Source: Armatimonadota bacterium
Lineage (GTDB): Bacteria; Armatimonadota; Zipacnadia; Zipacnadales; UBA5352
Assembly (NCBI GenBank): GCA_034722055.1
Contig: JAYENL010000095.1
Span: 30,701 to 41,649, forward strand
Reading direction: 5' to 3'
Length of the DNA: 10,949 bases
Shown in pieces: positions 8,033 through 10,949 of this stretch; position 1 is the stretch's first letter; the number at the start of each line of letters is the position of its first letter. Made by a program: the position numbers and the translations under genes. The notes under the pieces were generated by a model, which was not told where the DNA came from, searched no databases, and saw only the letters and a list, made by a program, of their open reading frames with translations.

Positions 8033-8482
8033 CTACAGCCGCGCCGGCTCGCCGTCATCGTTGAGTGCCTCGCCCGTCTCGATAAGGTGCGCGACGCGGC
8101 GGCGGATCTGATCGCGAACCGCGCGGAAGACCGCCATGCGCTCCTCCTCGGTGCCCGTGGCCTCCACGGGGTCCTGAAGCGACCAGTGCACCTGCTGATC
8201 CGCGCCCAGGAACATGGGGCAGGCCTGCTTGGCCTGATCGCAGACCGTGATCAGCAGGTCGAAGTGATCGTCATCGTAGCGATCCAGCGATTTCGGGAAC
8301 TGATCGGAGATGTCGATGCCCACCTCCGCCATGGCCCGCACGGCCAGGGGATGGACCTCGTCTGCGACCTCGATGCCGGCGGAGTGGACCTTGAACTCGT
8401 CGCCGCCTATCTCGCGCAGGAAGCCCTCCCCCATCTGGCTGCGACAGGAGTTGCCGGTGCACAGGAACAGGACCTTGGGCAT
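8033..8482 (-). CDS. arsC: Arsenate reductase, thioredoxin-coupled (LMW-PTP fold), 149 aa
   Basis: P-loop VLFLCTGNSCRSQMGEG, SAG, redox pair TVCDQAKQACP, HWSLQDP and FRAVRDQI. ATG at 8482 is preceded by GAGGAGAGGTGG. Confidence 0.9.
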   Translation of the reverse strand: MPKVLFLCTGNSCRSQMGEGFLREIGGDEFKVHSAGIEVADEVHPLAVRAMAEVGIDISDQFPKSLDRYDDDHFDLLITVCDQAKQACPMFLGADQQVHWSLQDPVEATGTEEERMAVFRAVRDQIRRRVAHLIETGEALNDDGEPARL

Positions 8483-8502
8483 GGCCGCCACCTCTCCTCA
8501 TT

Positions 8503-8525
8503 GGCAGGCTGGAAGCCCGCCCCAC
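8503..8525 (-). repeat. REP-like palindrome GTGG-GGCGGGCT-TCC-AGCCTGCC
   Basis: GTRG tetranucleotide foot followed by an 8-bp GC-rich imperfect stem with a 3-nt loop, the usual architecture of GTRG-family REP elements. Only one copy in the window. Confidence 0.55.
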
Positions 8526-8615
8526 GGTTGTGATCTCTTGGGCGGTAGTGTTGCTGAGTGGCAGTATTTCGCGTGTCATCGCCATGACGACCGCGGGCCC
8601 ACGTTGCCTGTGGAG

Positions 8616-8689
8616 GGGCCGCCGCGAGCGAAGCGAGCGGTGGGAGGTCTGGAGGGTAGCGAAGGACCTCCCAGGTTCCACCCCGGCCC
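8616..8689 (+). repeat. Structured GC-rich intergenic element with GCGAAGC mini-hairpin and 9-bp inverted repeat
   Basis: GCCGC-GA-GCGAAGC-GA-GCGGT (8621-8641). TGGGAGGTC (8641-8649) / GACCTCCCA (8665-8673) is a perfect inverted repeat. Flanking GGGCC (8616-8620) / GGCCC (8685-8689). Confidence 0.45.
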
Positions 8690-8797
8690 TGCACCAGCCT
8701 GAACCCCACTGTGGCGAGCACGATGCTGCGCATCCTCAGGACAACGCCGGCCGCCCCATCATCTGAGCCGACGGCGCACGTGGACTTCCGCGAGTCA

Positions 8798-10216
8798 CTA
8801 CTGGAGCGTGAGCCAGATCGGACTCGACCAGGCCTGCGCGCCGGATTCGCATGTGACGCGCAGGTAGTAGTAGACGAAGGGGCTGTCGAACCAGCCTCGC
8901 GGCTCGAACGCGACGTCGGCGAGGGCCTCCTCGTCGGTAAACTCCACCTCCCCGCGCCAGCCGTCGCCGGCCACGGCGTGGATGTCGCGACCGTTGCGCA
9001 CCAGATCGACGCGCAGGACGTCGGACCGGCCAGCCACGTGAGCGTGGAACTGGCGCGGCACGCGCGCGTCGTCCCACTCGATCACCCGCCCCATGCGCCC
9101 GCCGGTCATGTTCTCCTCGATGATGATGCGCTCCTCGCTGGTTCCCCAGCAGTCGCGGGCGAGCATGGCGTCGTAGACGGCCTCGCGCGAGAGATCACTT
9201 GCCCGGATCGCGGTCAGCCCCGGCATACGATCGATGTGCGGGGTGTCGTCGCCGTAGCTGGAGGGCATGGTGGCGTGGGTGTCCGTGCCGGCGATGAAGC
9301 CCAGCGGATAGCCCTGCGCCAGCAGGTCCTGAACGTAGCTGGGACCCTCATGCACCTCGTGCAGGGCATTGGGATTGCCGCGATACTCGCTGGTGCCCCA
9401 CTTGGAGTGGATCTCGACGACCGGCATGCGGTCGGGGCCGGGGTAGATGGCGTCGGACAGCTCCCCGTGTTTGCCGGTGCGCGTAGTGTGGTGCGGAACG
9501 ACGAAGCAGTCCTGGGGCAGGGCCTCGGCCAGCGTGCGGGCGTTGCCCTCCTCGTAGTGGTCGATGAAGTCCTCCAGGTCGCCCCGGCAGTAGACGTTAT
9601 TGTCGCCACCACAGCCGCCCTTCAGCGACGCCTCGTAGGCCAGCAGCGCGGCGAAGTGGGGCGGATCGTCGAAGACGCGCACCGCGCGTCGCTGGGCCTC
9701 CCACTTGCCCTTCCCGGAGCGGCCGTTGGAGACGTGGTCGGCCGCGCACACCCAGTCCAGGCCCGACATGTAGCGGGCCCCCACGAAGCAGAAGTCCAGC
9801 GAGCGGCAGGACGTGGGATGGCAGCGACTGAGGACGGTGTGCACGTGCGGGTCGCCCCAGAAGATGCGCGGCGACTCGGCGCTGCAGTGCACGGGATTGC
9901 TCAGCCACGTCTCACCAGCCATCTCGAAGGCCAGGCGCTGCCAGCCCTCGTCGGCGATACTCACGCCCTCCATCGAGGCCACCGCCGGTCGCCCGCGCTC
10001 GAAGGCCACCTCGCGCAGCCCATCGGCCGGACCGTCCGTCGGCCTTGCCGCGGCATCGCACTCCATCGAGGGGTAGGCTTTCTCATCGAGCGCCGCCAGC
10101 CTGACGGCAAAGCGCTCGCCGGGCCTGACGACGGAAGGGGCGACAACGGAGAGGCGATCGACGGCGCCCCCGGGCGCCTCGACCGCCAGGATGCGCTCAC
10201 ACAGGGTGTGCCACAT
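8798..10216 (-). CDS. DUF3604 domain-containing protein (PHP-like metallohydrolase)
   Basis: PHP-type metal motifs FWGDPHVHT.LS, LDWVCAADH, AYE, VPHH, VEIHS.WG, GFIAGTDTH, GLTAI.A..LSREAVYDAM.AR.CWGT and C-terminal YYYLRV...AWSSPIW. Tandem stops TAG TGA. ATG 10216 has a GGGAGG SD; the alternative ATG 10252 has none. Confidence 0.87.
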   Translation of the reverse strand: MWHTLCERILAVEAPGGAVDRLSVVAPSVVRPGERFAVRLAALDEKAYPSMECDAAARPTDGPADGLREVAFERGRPAVASMEGVSIADEGWQRLAFEMAGETWLSNPVHCSAESPRIFWGDPHVHTVLSRCHPTSCRSLDFCFVGARYMSGLDWVCAADHVSNGRSGKGKWEAQRRAVRVFDDPPHFAALLAYEASLKGGCGGDNNVYCRGDLEDFIDHYEEGNARTLAEALPQDCFVVPHHTTRTGKHGELSDAIYPGPDRMPVVEIHSKWGTSEYRGNPNALHEVHEGPSYVQDLLAQGYPLGFIAGTDTHATMPSSYGDDTPHIDRMPGLTAIRASDLSREAVYDAMLARDCWGTSEERIIIEENMTGGRMGRVIEWDDARVPRQFHAHVAGRSDVLRVDLVRNGRDIHAVAGDGWRGEVEFTDEEALADVAFEPRGWFDSPFVYYYLRVTCESGAQAWSSPIWLTLQ

Positions 10217-10264
10217 CGACAAGGGGCCCTCCCAGGGCGAGGCTTCTCTCATGATGCCAGTGAG

Positions 10265-10293
10265 TACTTCGCCGCGGGAGGGAATCTCCCTCG
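10265..10293 (-). promoter_or_regulatory. Putative sigmaH-like promoter for the DUF3604 gene
   Basis: Minus strand CGAGGGAGATT...GGCGAAGTA. AGG (10291) to GAAG (10270) spacing is 21 nt. Confidence 0.4.
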
Positions 10294-10399
10294 CTGCCCC
10301 ACAGCGCCAGCTCCAGCAGCACCGTCATCCCGCCGCGGGCAAGCACCGCGTCTGCGCCGAGAAGCGGTGTGCGCTGCCGTCCATTTCGCGCCCGTACAG

Positions 10400-10426
10400 G
10401 CAGGCCCTTGCGGGCAGGCGCCGAAT
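10400..10426 (+). promoter_or_regulatory. Putative sigmaH-like promoter for bcp
   Basis: GCAGG (10400-10404) ... GCCGAAT. AGG (10402) to GAAT (10423) spacing is 21 nt, about 40 nt before the ATG. Confidence 0.45.
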
Positions 10427-10466
10427 TCCTATGGTGTCGATACAGCTACGGCATGAGGTGAGGACG

Positions 10467-10949
10467 ATGGCGGAGATCGCCGAGGGGAAGCGCGCACCGC
10501 AGTTCACACTCCCGGCGGTGAACGTCGAGAAGATCGGCATGGAGGGCGAGAAGATAGCCCTCAAGGACCTCAAGGGCGACCGGATCGTGGTGCTCTACTT
10601 CTACCCCAGGGACATGACCAAGGGCTGCACCACCGAGGCTGTGGGCTTCAGGGACCTCAAGGGCCAGTTCACCCGCAACGGCGCGGTGATCCTGGGCGTA
10701 AGCACCGACGACATCGAGACCCACGAGAAGTTCGCGGCGAAGCAGAAGCTCAACTTCCCGCTGCTGTCGGATGAGGATGCGACGGTGGCGAAGAAGTACG
10801 GCGTCTGGCAGGAGAAGACGATGTTCGGGAAGACCAGCATGGGCATCGTGCGCTCCACCTTCGTGATCGACCGATCCGGGAAGGTCGCGAAGATGTGGCG
10901 GAGGGTCAGCCCTGAAGGGCACGCCCGAGAGGTGCTGGACGTCGTGAAG
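10467..10949 (+). CDS. bcp: Peroxiredoxin, BCP/PrxQ family (thiol peroxidase); stop codon lies beyond the window edge
   Basis: Manual translation: MAEIAEGKRAPQFTLPA...IVVLYFYPRDMTKGCTTEAVGFRD...ILGVSTD...HEKFAAKQKLNFPLLSD...YGVWQEK.MFGK...GIVRSTFVID..G...V...GHA.EVL. Contains PxxxTxxC and the catalytic Arg. SD GAGGTGAGGA. 161 open codons to the window end; absent from the ORF track. Confidence 0.95.
   Translation, partial: MAEIAEGKRAPQFTLPAVNVEKIGMEGEKIALKDLKGDRIVVLYFYPRDMTKGCTTEAVGFRDLKGQFTRNGAVILGVSTDDIETHEKFAAKQKLNFPLLSDEDATVAKKYGVWQEKTMFGKTSMGIVRSTFVIDRSGKVAKMWRRVSPEGHAREVLDVVK

Noticed and set aside
8547..8596. Imperfect palindromes upstream of arsC as ArsR operator, promoter or fluoride riboswitch
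   Set aside because: Arms match poorly (5/8), the sigmaH-like spacing is off and lacks AGG, and the fluoride riboswitch consensus is not met.
8711..10456. 581-aa plus-strand ORF
   Set aside because: Antisense shadow of the DUF3604 gene.
10446..10922. 158-aa minus-strand ORF
   Set aside because: Antisense shadow of bcp.

Overview
High-GC bacterial window. The prepilin ending ...ILAAILFP suggests Armatimonadota or a similar lineage (inference). It holds eight coding regions. (1) The 5' end of a prepilin-type N-terminal cleavage/methylation protein (minus strand, runs off the left edge). (2, 3) A translationally coupled minus-strand pair: an alkaline-phosphatase-superfamily phosphodiesterase and an RNase Z-like MBL-fold hydrolase. 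(4, 5) A divergent plus-strand pair of large exported proteins: a CBM-like plus GH42-like TIM barrel protein, and a DUF4838 protein. (6) An orphan thioredoxin-type arsenate reductase. (7) A DUF3604 PHP-like metallohydrolase. (8) A BCP/PrxQ peroxiredoxin running off the right edge. The most notable non-coding signals are three. A highly structured, apparently bistable ~180-nt leader with an anti-Shine-Dalgarno hairpin precedes the prepilin gene. A sigmaH-like promoter motif (AGG-N18/19-[G/C]AA[T/G]) recurs upstream of five transcription units. Two REP-like hairpin elements lie between arsC and the DUF3604 gene. No CRISPR array, tRNA, rRNA or transposase was seen. All family assignments come from motif recognition by eye, not from database searches.
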